Positions 39,573 through 48,418 of a stretch of DNA of 64,000 bases are shown piece after piece (position 1 is the stretch's first letter; every line of letters begins with the position of its first letter). A program made the translations under genes and the position numbers. This DNA comes from Candidatus Ozemobacteraceae bacterium. GTDB taxonomy: Bacteria > Muiribacteriota > Ozemobacteria > Ozemobacterales > Ozemobacteraceae. The notes beneath the pieces were generated by a model. The model did no database searches. It had not been told where the DNA came from and saw only the letters and a program-made list of their open reading frames with translations. The stretch is from NCBI GenBank assembly GCA_965140445.1, contig OZ223236.1, forward strand, positions 992,001 through 1,056,000, in the 5' to 3' direction.

Positions 39573-40136
39573 ATGAGAAAAACGATCTTACGTCTCGGCC
39601 TTTGTGCAGGCCTAATTGCTAGTCCTATAATGGCTTCTGCTTTTGAATTCGGCATCGTTGATGCTGGTCAGATTTTCAATAAGTATTCCGAAACTCAGAA
39701 AACAAAGCAGCTGCTTGAAACTGAAAAAGAAAAGCTTCAGAAGGAACTTGAATCCAGAAAAGCTGAAGTGAAAAAGCTTGATGATGAGTATCTTGCTACC
39801 GCAAAAAAATTGCAGGAACTCAGAGATTCTAAGAAAGAAAAAGAAGCTCGTGCCCTTGAGCCAAAACTTAAGGATTTGAGAACTCAGCTTTCACAGAAAA
39901 CAAGTGTTTTACAGAAGTTCTTTGAAGATTCCCAGAAGCATCTTTATCAGATTGAAGAAAAGCAAATGGGCAGCTTATCTAAAACTCTTGACGAAAGAGT
40001 TGACAAAGTAATCGGACAGGTAGCCAAAAAGCATAAACTTAAAGCTGTTTTCGAAAAACGTTTCTTTTACTATGGCGACGACAAGACGGTAAAAGATATT
40101 ACCAATGAAGTTTTAAGTGTTTTGAACAAGAAATAG
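39573..40136 (+). CDS. skp: Periplasmic chaperone Skp/OmpH
   Basis: FGIVD..QIF, coiled coil, DITNEVL; located between bamA and lpxD. Confidence 0.92.
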   Translation: MRKTILRLGLCAGLIASPIMASAFEFGIVDAGQIFNKYSETQKTKQLLETEKEKLQKELESRKAEVKKLDDEYLATAKKLQELRDSKKEKEARALEPKLKDLRTQLSQKTSVLQKFFEDSQKHLYQIEEKQMGSLSKTLDERVDKVIGQVAKKHKLKAVFEKRFFYYGDDKTVKDITNEVLSVLNKK

Positions 40137-40148
40137 AAACAAACCTAT

Positions 40149-40179
40149 AACAGGTGTTCTGCGTGGCAGGACACCTGTT
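40149..40179 (+). other. Strong intergenic hairpin (attenuator or mRNA stabiliser)
   Basis: AACAGGTGTTCTGC-gtg-GCAGGACACCTGTT. Confidence 0.6.
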
Positions 40180-40201
40180 TGAATATTGGCGGGTATGATT
40201 T

Positions 40202-41236
40202 GTGATAAATAGAGAAATAAAACTGGGCGAACTGGCCGCGATTATAGGCGGAGAATTAATAGGCGATCCTGAATTGATAATATCAGGAATTGCTCCCATT
40301 AAAACGGCCTCAGATAAAGATATTACTTTTCTTTCTGGGGCCAAGAACTATTCGACTCATTTAAAATCTATTGAGGAGAGCGCGGCTATTGCTGTTATTG
40401 CACCAGCTGATGCCCCGGAACTTAAATTACCCTCTATCAGAATTAAAAATAGTTATGAAGGGCTTGTAAAAGCTCTTTCTTACTTTTTCCCTGAACAAAA
40501 GCCAAAAGCTGGAATTCATCCAACTGCTTTTGTGCATGAAGACGCAAAAGTTGACCGCACAGCCGTTGTTGGCCCGTTGGCGGTTGTTGAAGCTGGAGCC
40601 GTTGTTGAGGCTGGGGCGTGGATTGATGCCAGAGCCTATGTTGGTCCAGATGCTTTCGTTGGTGAAGAAACCCATTTGTATCCCGGTGTTAATCTTATGA
40701 ATAGATGCCGGGTTGGCAAAATGTGCGTAATCCACAGTGGTGCCGTAATAGGTAGTGATGGTTTTGGTTTTACTCCAATTGATGGTCGTCATGCCAAAGT
40801 TCCACAGGTTGGAAATGTTATTGTTCAAGATGATGTCGAAATTGGTGCCAATGTAACAATTGATAGAGGCACAATGGGCCCAACCTTGATTGGTGAAGGT
40901 TCAAGAATTGACAATATGGTTCACATTGCTCATAACGTAGAAATTGGGAAAAAATGTGTAATTGTGGCTCAGGTTGGCATTTCTGGAAGCACAATTCTTG
41001 AAGACGATGTAACTCTTGCCGGGCAGGTTGGAACTGTTGGGCATGTTAGAGTTGGAAAAGGAACTACTGTTGCAGCTCGCGGAGTTGTTTCTAATGATGT
41101 TGCTCCTGGAAGCTTTGTTTCAGGCTTTCCAATTAAGCCTCATTCAGAAGAGAGAAAGATACTTGCTTCTATGAGAAGACTTCCGGATCTGATCAAAAAA
41201 GTCCGGGAACTTGAAAAGAAGCTCGAGGAGAAATAG
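40202..41236 (+). CDS. lpxD: UDP-3-O-acyl-glucosamine N-acyltransferase
   Basis: GSDGFGF, PQVGNV, IDRG, IDNMVHIAHNV, hexapeptide repeats. Confidence 0.97.
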   Translation: MINREIKLGELAAIIGGELIGDPELIISGIAPIKTASDKDITFLSGAKNYSTHLKSIEESAAIAVIAPADAPELKLPSIRIKNSYEGLVKALSYFFPEQKPKAGIHPTAFVHEDAKVDRTAVVGPLAVVEAGAVVEAGAWIDARAYVGPDAFVGEETHLYPGVNLMNRCRVGKMCVIHSGAVIGSDGFGFTPIDGRHAKVPQVGNVIVQDDVEIGANVTIDRGTMGPTLIGEGSRIDNMVHIAHNVEIGKKCVIVAQVGISGSTILEDDVTLAGQVGTVGHVRVGKGTTVAARGVVSNDVAPGSFVSGFPIKPHSEERKILASMRRLPDLIKKVRELEKKLEEK

Positions 41237-41237
41237 G

Positions 41238-41870
41238 ATGAAAATTAGCAGAAAGTTTTTGGTTGCAGCCTTTTTAATGGTCTTTGCTGCACAGTTCTGT
41301 AATAGCGCTTTTGCAGATACTGCAAGACGTTTAAGATTTATGGGTACCGCGAATCTTAGTATGCCCACAGGCTATGCAAGATCATCTATGTATTACATAA
41401 ATGATGCTGGTCATTCATCAGCTTTGTTTTCACAAGCTTTGATGAATGGTTTTTTAGAGCTATCGTATTTGAGACATATGAACGGAGCTGAAGATGGAAA
41501 GAGTGTTATGAATCTTAAAGTTAAGATTCTTGAAGAAGACACTTTGATTCCTGGGGTGGTTTGGGGCGTTTCTGATCTCAACACTCAGCTTGGTTCAAAA
41601 ATCTTTTATTTTTCGGCATCCAAAGCGATTGAGGCTTTTGGAGTTCACCTTCATGCTGGATTTTATAAAGATCCAATCAGCACAGAGCATAAAAACTTTT
41701 TCGGCGTAGAAAAGATGATTTTTCCGCTTGTTACAGTGGCCGCAGAAAGAAATGATGATAAAGATACTTTTGGTATTAAACTTAGCCCATATCCTGGATT
41801 TTCTCTTGAATTCTCACAAAGAGACAGCAAAGAAGAAATGTACAATTTGGTTTATTTTCGTTCGTTTTAA
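41238..41870 (+). CDS. YjbH-like small outer-membrane beta-barrel protein
   Basis: Signal peptide, G.ANL.MPT, KVKILEE..LIPGVVWGVSD, amphipathic strands, terminal Phe. Confidence 0.55.
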   Translation: MKISRKFLVAAFLMVFAAQFCNSAFADTARRLRFMGTANLSMPTGYARSSMYYINDAGHSSALFSQALMNGFLELSYLRHMNGAEDGKSVMNLKVKILEEDTLIPGVVWGVSDLNTQLGSKIFYFSASKAIEAFGVHLHAGFYKDPISTEHKNFFGVEKMIFPLVTVAAERNDDKDTFGIKLSPYPGFSLEFSQRDSKEEMYNLVYFRSF

Positions 41871-41876
41871 GAAATT

Positions 41877-43169
41877 ATGGATATAGACAACCCACAATAC
41901 ACAATAGCCAAAGCAGTTGCTTTAGAAGGGATAGGCCTTCACACTGGGAAGCCTGTTAAAATGGTTTTTCATCCAGCTCCGGCAAATTCCGGAATTTATT
42001 TCATCAGGACAGATCTTGAGGGAAAGCCTTCTATTTCTGTTAGGCTTGAAAATGTGACAGGAACCAACCGCGGCACAACTATCTGTGAAAATGGAGCTAG
42101 TGTAAATACGGTTGAACATGTTTTGGCAGCTGTTTCTGGAATGGGAATTTCCAACCTGAAAATTGAAATTTCAAACGAAGAGCCCCCTGCTGGCGATGGC
42201 AGCGCAGCTTTATTTGTAGAAATGCTAAAAGAGGCTGGAACCGAAGCACTGGCTGTAAAAAAAGTTCCTTGTTTATTGAACGAGATGATAACCCTGGTAG
42301 AAGGGGATAAGTCTATGGTTTATCTTCCTTCAAAAAAGCTGGAGGTAACCTTTCATCTGGATTACAAAAATGGCCTTTTGCCGGCGAAAACAATCCATAT
42401 TGAAATCAATAAAGAGAATTTTTTGACCAGAATATCAAAATCCAGAACCTTTGGTTTTGAATATGAATTTGAAATGCTTTCTAAAAATAATCTTGCCCTT
42501 GGCGGCAGTTTAGATAATGCTATTGTAATAAATAATCAGGGAGAAATTCAGAATCCCGGTGGCTTAAGAGATAAAGATGAATTAATTTTACACAAAATTC
42601 TTGATCTGATTGGTGATTTTGCTTTGATAGGGCGCGATTTGAAAGGCCATATAATCGCTAACAGAACAGGGCATACATTTAACGTAAAATTTGCTAAACT
42701 ACTAAATGAAAAATTTGTTCAGTCTAAAAATAGAAAGGAAAATACCATGATGTACATTGAAGAGATCAAGGAAATTCTCCCACACAGATACCCGTTTTTG
42801 TTAGTTGATAGAATATTGTCTATCGTTCCTGGCGAGTCTGTTGTTGGAATTAAAAACGTTACTGCAAATGAAGAATTTTTTAATGGTCATTTTCCTGGGA
42901 AGCCTGTAATGCCTGGTGTTTTGATGGTTGAAGCCATGGCTCAGGTTGCCGGCGTTTTATTCTTGTCTCAAGAAGTTCATAAGGGAAAGACTCCTTTCTT
43001 TTGTGGAATTGATAAAGTAAGATTCAGAAGACCCGTTGTCCCTGGAGATCGCCTGGAATTTAATGCCAAAGTTCTTAAAATGAGAAGCAATACTGGTAAA
43101 GTTGAAGCAGTTGCAAAGGTTGATGGTGAACTTGTATGCAGCGGCGAATTGATGTTCCAGCTAGTTTAA
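41877..43169 (+). CDS. lpxC-fabZ: Bifunctional LpxC/FabZ
   Basis: GIGLHTG, TVEHVLAA, HKILDLIGD; then LPHRYPFLLVD, FNGHFP, PGVLMVEAMAQ. Confidence 0.97.
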   Translation: MDIDNPQYTIAKAVALEGIGLHTGKPVKMVFHPAPANSGIYFIRTDLEGKPSISVRLENVTGTNRGTTICENGASVNTVEHVLAAVSGMGISNLKIEISNEEPPAGDGSAALFVEMLKEAGTEALAVKKVPCLLNEMITLVEGDKSMVYLPSKKLEVTFHLDYKNGLLPAKTIHIEINKENFLTRISKSRTFGFEYEFEMLSKNNLALGGSLDNAIVINNQGEIQNPGGLRDKDELILHKILDLIGDFALIGRDLKGHIIANRTGHTFNVKFAKLLNEKFVQSKNRKENTMMYIEEIKEILPHRYPFLLVDRILSIVPGESVVGIKNVTANEEFFNGHFPGKPVMPGVLMVEAMAQVAGVLFLSQEVHKGKTPFFCGIDKVRFRRPVVPGDRLEFNAKVLKMRSNTGKVEAVAKVDGELVCSGELMFQLV

Positions 43170-43192
43170 TTGGACTTTGAAGGGAGTTAACA

Positions 43193-43993
43193 ATGTCTGT
43201 ACATCCAACCTCAGTCATAGCACCTGAAGCTAAGCTTCATCCTACAGTTCAAGTTGGTCCTTTCGCAGTCATTGGCCCTAATGTTGAAATCGGCGAAAAT
43301 ACTATTATTGGAGCTGGTTGCAATATCGATGGTCATACGACTATCGGGGCAAATAATGTTATAGGCCCAAGCGCGGTTATTGGTGCTCCACCACAGGACT
43401 TAAAATTTAAAGGCGAAAAATCATATGTGAAAATTGGCGACGGCAATCACATTCGTGAATTCGCAACTGTTCATCTTGCCGAAGGTGAAGAGTGTTCTAC
43501 CATTATCGGAAACGAAAATCTTCTGATGGCATATGTTCACATAGCTCACAACTGTAAGGTTGGCAGTAATATAATCATGTCAAATTGTACTACTTTGGCA
43601 GGACATGTTGAGATTGGTGATAGAGCTGTTCTTGGCGGTTTCACTGGAGTTCATCAGTTCTGTAAGGTCGGCAGTATGGTTATGGTGGGTGGAATGAGCA
43701 AGATTACTAAAGACGTTCCACCTTTCATTAAAATTGATGGAAATCCTGCCAGAGTTATAGGCTTGAATGCAGTTGGCCTCAAACGTAATCAGGTCAGCAA
43801 AGAAACCATTTCAAAGATCAGACATTTGTATAAGACTTTTTTTGATTCTGATATGAACGTTTCTCAGGTTCTTGAGAAGTGGGATGAGAATTTTGATTCT
43901 AGCGATGAATACATTAAGATGTTTCACGATTTTGTTAAATCTGCAACAAGAGGGGTTTACAAAAAGACTCGTCGAAACAGTTCTCCAGATTAA
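43193..43993 (+). CDS. lpxA: UDP-N-acetylglucosamine acyltransferase
   Basis: PQDLKFKG, IREF, HIAHNC, LAGHV, VHQF. Confidence 0.97.
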   Translation: MSVHPTSVIAPEAKLHPTVQVGPFAVIGPNVEIGENTIIGAGCNIDGHTTIGANNVIGPSAVIGAPPQDLKFKGEKSYVKIGDGNHIREFATVHLAEGEECSTIIGNENLLMAYVHIAHNCKVGSNIIMSNCTTLAGHVEIGDRAVLGGFTGVHQFCKVGSMVMVGGMSKITKDVPPFIKIDGNPARVIGLNAVGLKRNQVSKETISKIRHLYKTFFDSDMNVSQVLEKWDENFDSSDEYIKMFHDFVKSATRGVYKKTRRNSSPD

Positions 43994-44001
43994 TTTCTAA
44001 C

Positions 44002-44042
44002 AAAAAAAAGAGAGAAGTTTGCAAAGACTTCTCTCTTTTTTT
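44002..44042 (+). terminator. Intrinsic terminator
   Basis: AAAAAAAAGAGAGAAGT..ACTTCTCTCTTTTTT. Confidence 0.85.
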
Positions 44043-44124
44043 ATTTTTAGTTGGGGCGTAACATGAATTAAGTGTCTTTAAGAAAATTGCTTTCATTAAA
44101 ATAAAAATTAGAGCTGTAAAAGTT

Positions 44125-44832
44125 ATGGATCTTTTAAAGAGTTTAAAAAATTTTTTTAGTATATTTTTCCCTTTCGAATGTCATTTATGCCGAGCAGTAA
44201 CTGATTTTGGTCAGGTTGTCTGTGTGGAATGCAGTAAGGAACTGCTGAAGGAGTGCTCGAATCTGCATAAATTACAGGATATGAATGTGGATTTCTCTGT
44301 TTATGCTTTGAGCGCCTATAATCAGAAAGTTGCTGAAACCATCAGGATTATTAAATACCGACCTTCCCGAAAGTTGCTTGATCAATTTTCACTAATTGTC
44401 GAACAAGTTTTAATCGAAAATGAGGCGAATTTGAAATTCGATGTTCTAATTCCTGTTCCTATGCATCAATCAAGAGAGAACAAACGAGGTTTTAATCAGG
44501 CTGCCATTTTTGCAGAACATATGGCTGTTGCGCTTAAGACATTTACCAGCCCTGTATTGAGTCGAACTATTAACACCAGGCCTCAGGCAGATTGTGATGC
44601 AAATGACAGAAAGACTAATTTATCCAATGCTATTGATCTCAGTCATGGTTTGATCAGAGAAGAATTTGAGGGCAAGCACCTGTGCCTGATCGATGATGTT
44701 GCGACTACTGGAGCAACTTTGCAAAACTGTAAAAACATTCTTGAACAACTCAAGCCATCTTCTGTAAGCGCTTTAGTTGTTTCACACTCTTTTTTGAAAA
44801 GTTCAAAGAGCGAAGATTTCAAAAGTTCATAA
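44125..44832 (+). CDS. comF: ComF family phosphoribosyltransferase-like protein
   Basis: CHLC..VCVEC, IPVPMH..R...RGFNQ, LIDDVATTGATL. Confidence 0.93.
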   Translation: MDLLKSLKNFFSIFFPFECHLCRAVTDFGQVVCVECSKELLKECSNLHKLQDMNVDFSVYALSAYNQKVAETIRIIKYRPSRKLLDQFSLIVEQVLIENEANLKFDVLIPVPMHQSRENKRGFNQAAIFAEHMAVALKTFTSPVLSRTINTRPQADCDANDRKTNLSNAIDLSHGLIREEFEGKHLCLIDDVATTGATLQNCKNILEQLKPSSVSALVVSHSFLKSSKSEDFKSS

Positions 44833-45036
44833 TGGCTAATCGTTTTGTTGAGATTCTTACATAACCTTATTTCAAAATGTACATTTTAAAGATATCTGTG
44901 TTTGGCTTAAAGAAAGAATTTTTGCAATAATCCTATCCAATAGTGTGAGCCTTTTGGATTTTTAGGGCTGCTTAAACCTTCTATGAGTAGTTTCCTGGAT
45001 TCCGCTCAGGGCCGCTTTTTTATTATTGTTAGCGGG

Positions 45037-45065
45037 TTGACTTTGTTTTTAAAGAGGTCTACAAT
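45037..45065 (+). promoter_or_regulatory. Sigma70 promoter upstream of flgM
   Basis: TTGACT-17-TACAAT. Confidence 0.75.
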
Positions 45066-45084
45066 AAAAAATGAAAATTTTAGC

Positions 45085-45112
45085 TAAACGAACCTGCTCT
45101 TTCGTCCGATAT
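45085..45112 (+). promoter_or_regulatory. Sigma28 promoter upstream of flgM
   Basis: TAAA-N16-TCCGATAT. Confidence 0.75.
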
Positions 45113-45187
45113 TCTGTCTTGGAGGCGTCCTCCGCTTATTAAGACAAGATATTTAGGGGGAGACGTTCACGGGAGTCAGGAGGAACC

Positions 45188-45577
45188 ATGAAGGTTTCTA
45201 ATAGTAACATCAACAACATACAGAAGATTTACCAGGAACAGGTAAAAAAGGCGAATACTGGAAAGACCAGTGGCGAGTTCAGTAAGCTTATGCAGGAAAA
45301 CTCTGTTAAGCAGACTGAATCCACAAAGACTTTTCATCCGCCAAGTGGGGTTAATCTAAATAATCCCGTACTAACTGGAGCGCCAGTTCAGCAGGCCGAT
45401 CCTGTTGAAACGCTCAAGTTCGCTGCAGAGGTTGTAGCAAACCAGCCAGATGTTCGAGCTGAAAAGGTCGATCGAATCAAGGCTTTGTTTGATGCAGGTC
45501 AATACAATGTTTCCGCTGAAAAAGTAGCTGAAAGGCTATGGGCCAGTGGTGTAATGACAACGTCCTGGGAAGGATAG
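45188..45577 (+). CDS. flgM: Anti-sigma28 factor FlgM
   Basis: PDVRAEKVDRIK....GQYNVSAEKVAE; synteny. Confidence 0.9.
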   Translation: MKVSNSNINNIQKIYQEQVKKANTGKTSGEFSKLMQENSVKQTESTKTFHPPSGVNLNNPVLTGAPVQQADPVETLKFAAEVVANQPDVRAEKVDRIKALFDAGQYNVSAEKVAERLWASGVMTTSWEG

Positions 45578-45583
45578 GACCTC

Positions 45584-46069
45584 TTGAAGCAAACGGTCGA
45601 GAAGCTTAAGGGAATTCTCTCAGAAGAGCTTGAGGTTTATAAAGCACTTCTTGAGCTGGCAAGAGAAAAGAAAAAACTTTTGCTTGAAAAGTTTTCCACT
45701 GAACTGCAGCAAATCGTCCAAAAAGAAGAGTTACAAGTTCAACGGTTGATTGATCTGGAACCTGTAAGACGGGAATGTGTCGAGCACATAGCGGGAACTC
45801 CCGATGCTAATCTTGACACGGCAGTCGAAGCGGTTTCGGAGTCTGATGGGAAGTCTGATCTATGGATGGTCGGTAGCCAACTCAAAGAAGTTGTTACTGA
45901 GATATCTAAGATTAATGCTGAAAATCAGAATCTGTTGGAGCAAGCTCTCGAGTTGACGCAGTATTCAATTAAGCTCTTTACTAAGGTTCCAGGAGACGTA
46001 ACATACAGCTCCTCCGGGAAGCAAGCTGATAAGCGCCCTGGAATCTCATTCTTCGATCGTAAAGTATAG
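45584..46069 (+). CDS. flgN: Flagellar chaperone FlgN
   Basis: L..E...Y..LL.L, N..NQ.LL..AL, TY...G; located between flgM and flgK. Confidence 0.88.
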   Translation: MKQTVEKLKGILSEELEVYKALLELAREKKKLLLEKFSTELQQIVQKEELQVQRLIDLEPVRRECVEHIAGTPDANLDTAVEAVSESDGKSDLWMVGSQLKEVVTEISKINAENQNLLEQALELTQYSIKLFTKVPGDVTYSSSGKQADKRPGISFFDRKV

Positions 46070-46176
46070 TAGAAAAAAATCTAGTTAATTAGAACCGTAT
46101 ACGGGTTTTTGGATAACACAGGCATCCTCCTGATGATATTTTCAAAGACTTATTGTGCGGTTCTTTTTATTTGTAC

Positions 46177-46204
46177 TAATAATTCCTTAAAATTTGGCCG
46201 ATAG
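46177..46204 (+). promoter_or_regulatory. Sigma28 promoter upstream of flgK
   Basis: TAAT-N16-GCCGATAG. Confidence 0.65.
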
Positions 46205-46279
46205 AGATAGTAGGAAAAAATATTTTTCCATCGATAGCAACAAAAATATAAAAGCTATCGCTATCTAAGGAGGCCAAGC

Positions 46280-48280
46280 ATGGCTGGCACGTTTTTTGGT
46301 CTTAATATAGGCAAAAGCGGAATATTTACACAGCAGCAGGCGTTGAATGTTACTTCGCATAACATCGCAAACGCCAATACCGAAGGCTACTCCAGGCAAA
46401 GAGCAGTTATACAATCTGCTAATCCTTATCTTGCAACAAGTTTAACGACTCCTGTTGGATCGCCTCAGGTTGGAACTGGTGCAACAATTTCAAAAATTAT
46501 GCAGTTCCGAGATGAATTCATTGATGCAAAAATTACCAATGAAGCCTCTACCTTAAATTTTAAGACGACTGCAGACGAGCTGATGAAACAGGTTGAAACA
46601 ATTATGAATGAACCTGGTGATGCAACTATTAGAGCTCAATTAGACAAATTCTGGGCCTCATGGGAGAACCTTTCTACGAATCCTTCTTCTACAGCTTTGC
46701 GAAGAAATCTTGTAGAAGAAACCACAACTCTCATTGACCAATTTAAAGAGATTGATTCTCAGCTTAACCGTTTACAGGGAACCCCATCTAACTGTTCTCA
46801 GGGGAGTATTGAAAACCAGGTTCAGGATACTGTAAAAGAAATAAACCAATTAGCTCACCTCATTGCAAATTTAAACGAAGAGATTGGTCGTTCAGAAACA
46901 AACGCCAATACGGCAAATGATTTAAGAGATCATCGTCAGAAAGCTCTTGAAGATCTTTCTGCTCTAATTAATGTTGACGCTTATTATACGGACAAGGATT
47001 ATTTAACTGTAAATTGTGGCGCTCACACTCTTGTTCAAGATGGAAATGTAAATGAGTTAAATCTTGTAGTTAAAGATGGGGAAGCTGCCAGCAGCATTGC
47101 TGGTTCTGATGATTATCCAGAGTTTTCTGATAATACAGATGTTGCAACGGCTTCGCTTATTCACACTGGATCTCAGCGCAATATTACTCTCACGGTCTCT
47201 CAGCTTGCTCAAACAGACAAAAAATATTCTTATTTAACCTTTCATCCTTTGAATGGTCCTCTTTCTGATTTTGGTATCTCAAGCGGAAGCTTCAACGTTA
47301 ATGGTAGAGAATTTTTCGTTGATGCTGAAAATACAACTATGACTGATTTGGCTAAAACTCTTGATGAAGCCAATATAAATATGAATGCCTGGATTAATGA
47401 AGCTGGGCAGCTGGAAATGGAATCGTCATCCACAGGCACAGAATTTTCAATTACCGCTGAAAATGGAACCAGCAATTTGATTACTGTTCTCAATCTTCAA
47501 ACTCAGCATGCTGCAAAAGATGCGAGATTTAACATGGGAGGTCAGGAATATGTCTCTTCTAAAAACATTGTTAGCGATGCTATTGACGGCGTTAATCTCT
47601 ATTTAAATGGTGTTGGTGTTGCAAATCTTGATTTAAGACCTACTGTTACAAGTGGAAAACTAAAAGGCTTGCTTGAAGTGCGTGATGGAAGTATTCAGGG
47701 CGCTATCGATGATATGAATAAGCTTGCTTATACGATCATGACTGAATTGAATCAGGTTCATCGCAATGGTTTTGGTCTTGATGGCAAAACCGGAAGAAAT
47801 TTCTTTCAGGCTTATACTTCCCCGAATCCAAACAGACCTTATGATGGCGCTATTCAAAATATGGCTATGGAAGATTTCATAACTTATGATCTGAATTCCA
47901 TTGCTGCTGCTGGTGGGACTCTGGAAAATGAGACCGATCGTCTTAGAACCTATAACGGTGATGGTGACGGCTCTAATGCGATTTTAATTTCTCAGATTAA
48001 GCACACAAACTATTTTGATGATGGAAAATCCAACTTCAATGATTTTTATAACGAAATGATTACCGAAGTTGCGACGCACAGTGAAAGATATGAGAGAGAG
48101 GCTGCTTATAGCCGGGATCTCATGACGCAGATGGATGCCAAGAGACAAGAGCTTTCCGGCGTGTCTCTGGATGAAGAGTTGGCAAACCTGATCAAGTTTC
48201 AGCACGCCTACAACGCTTCGGCAAAAGTAATTTCAACTATAGATGAAATGCTGGATAAGGTGATTAATGGAATGATTTAA
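46280..48280 (+). CDS. flgK: Hook-associated protein FlgK
   Basis: HNIANANTEGYSRQR; SGVSLDEELANLIKFQHAYNASAKVI. Confidence 0.97.
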   Translation: MAGTFFGLNIGKSGIFTQQQALNVTSHNIANANTEGYSRQRAVIQSANPYLATSLTTPVGSPQVGTGATISKIMQFRDEFIDAKITNEASTLNFKTTADELMKQVETIMNEPGDATIRAQLDKFWASWENLSTNPSSTALRRNLVEETTTLIDQFKEIDSQLNRLQGTPSNCSQGSIENQVQDTVKEINQLAHLIANLNEEIGRSETNANTANDLRDHRQKALEDLSALINVDAYYTDKDYLTVNCGAHTLVQDGNVNELNLVVKDGEAASSIAGSDDYPEFSDNTDVATASLIHTGSQRNITLTVSQLAQTDKKYSYLTFHPLNGPLSDFGISSGSFNVNGREFFVDAENTTMTDLAKTLDEANINMNAWINEAGQLEMESSSTGTEFSITAENGTSNLITVLNLQTQHAAKDARFNMGGQEYVSSKNIVSDAIDGVNLYLNGVGVANLDLRPTVTSGKLKGLLEVRDGSIQGAIDDMNKLAYTIMTELNQVHRNGFGLDGKTGRNFFQAYTSPNPNRPYDGAIQNMAMEDFITYDLNSIAAAGGTLENETDRLRTYNGDGDGSNAILISQIKHTNYFDDGKSNFNDFYNEMITEVATHSERYEREAAYSRDLMTQMDAKRQELSGVSLDEELANLIKFQHAYNASAKVISTIDEMLDKVINGMI

Positions 48281-48418
48281 CCAGCAGAAACAACATAAAT
48301 AAACATTAAAAAACAAACAAGCAAATCTCAGTAAATAAATACAAACAAAAATAGATAAAAATAAACAAATGAATCCGGTAACTGGGTAAGTAATTAGCAC
48401 ACAAGGAGGCAGCCCGGG

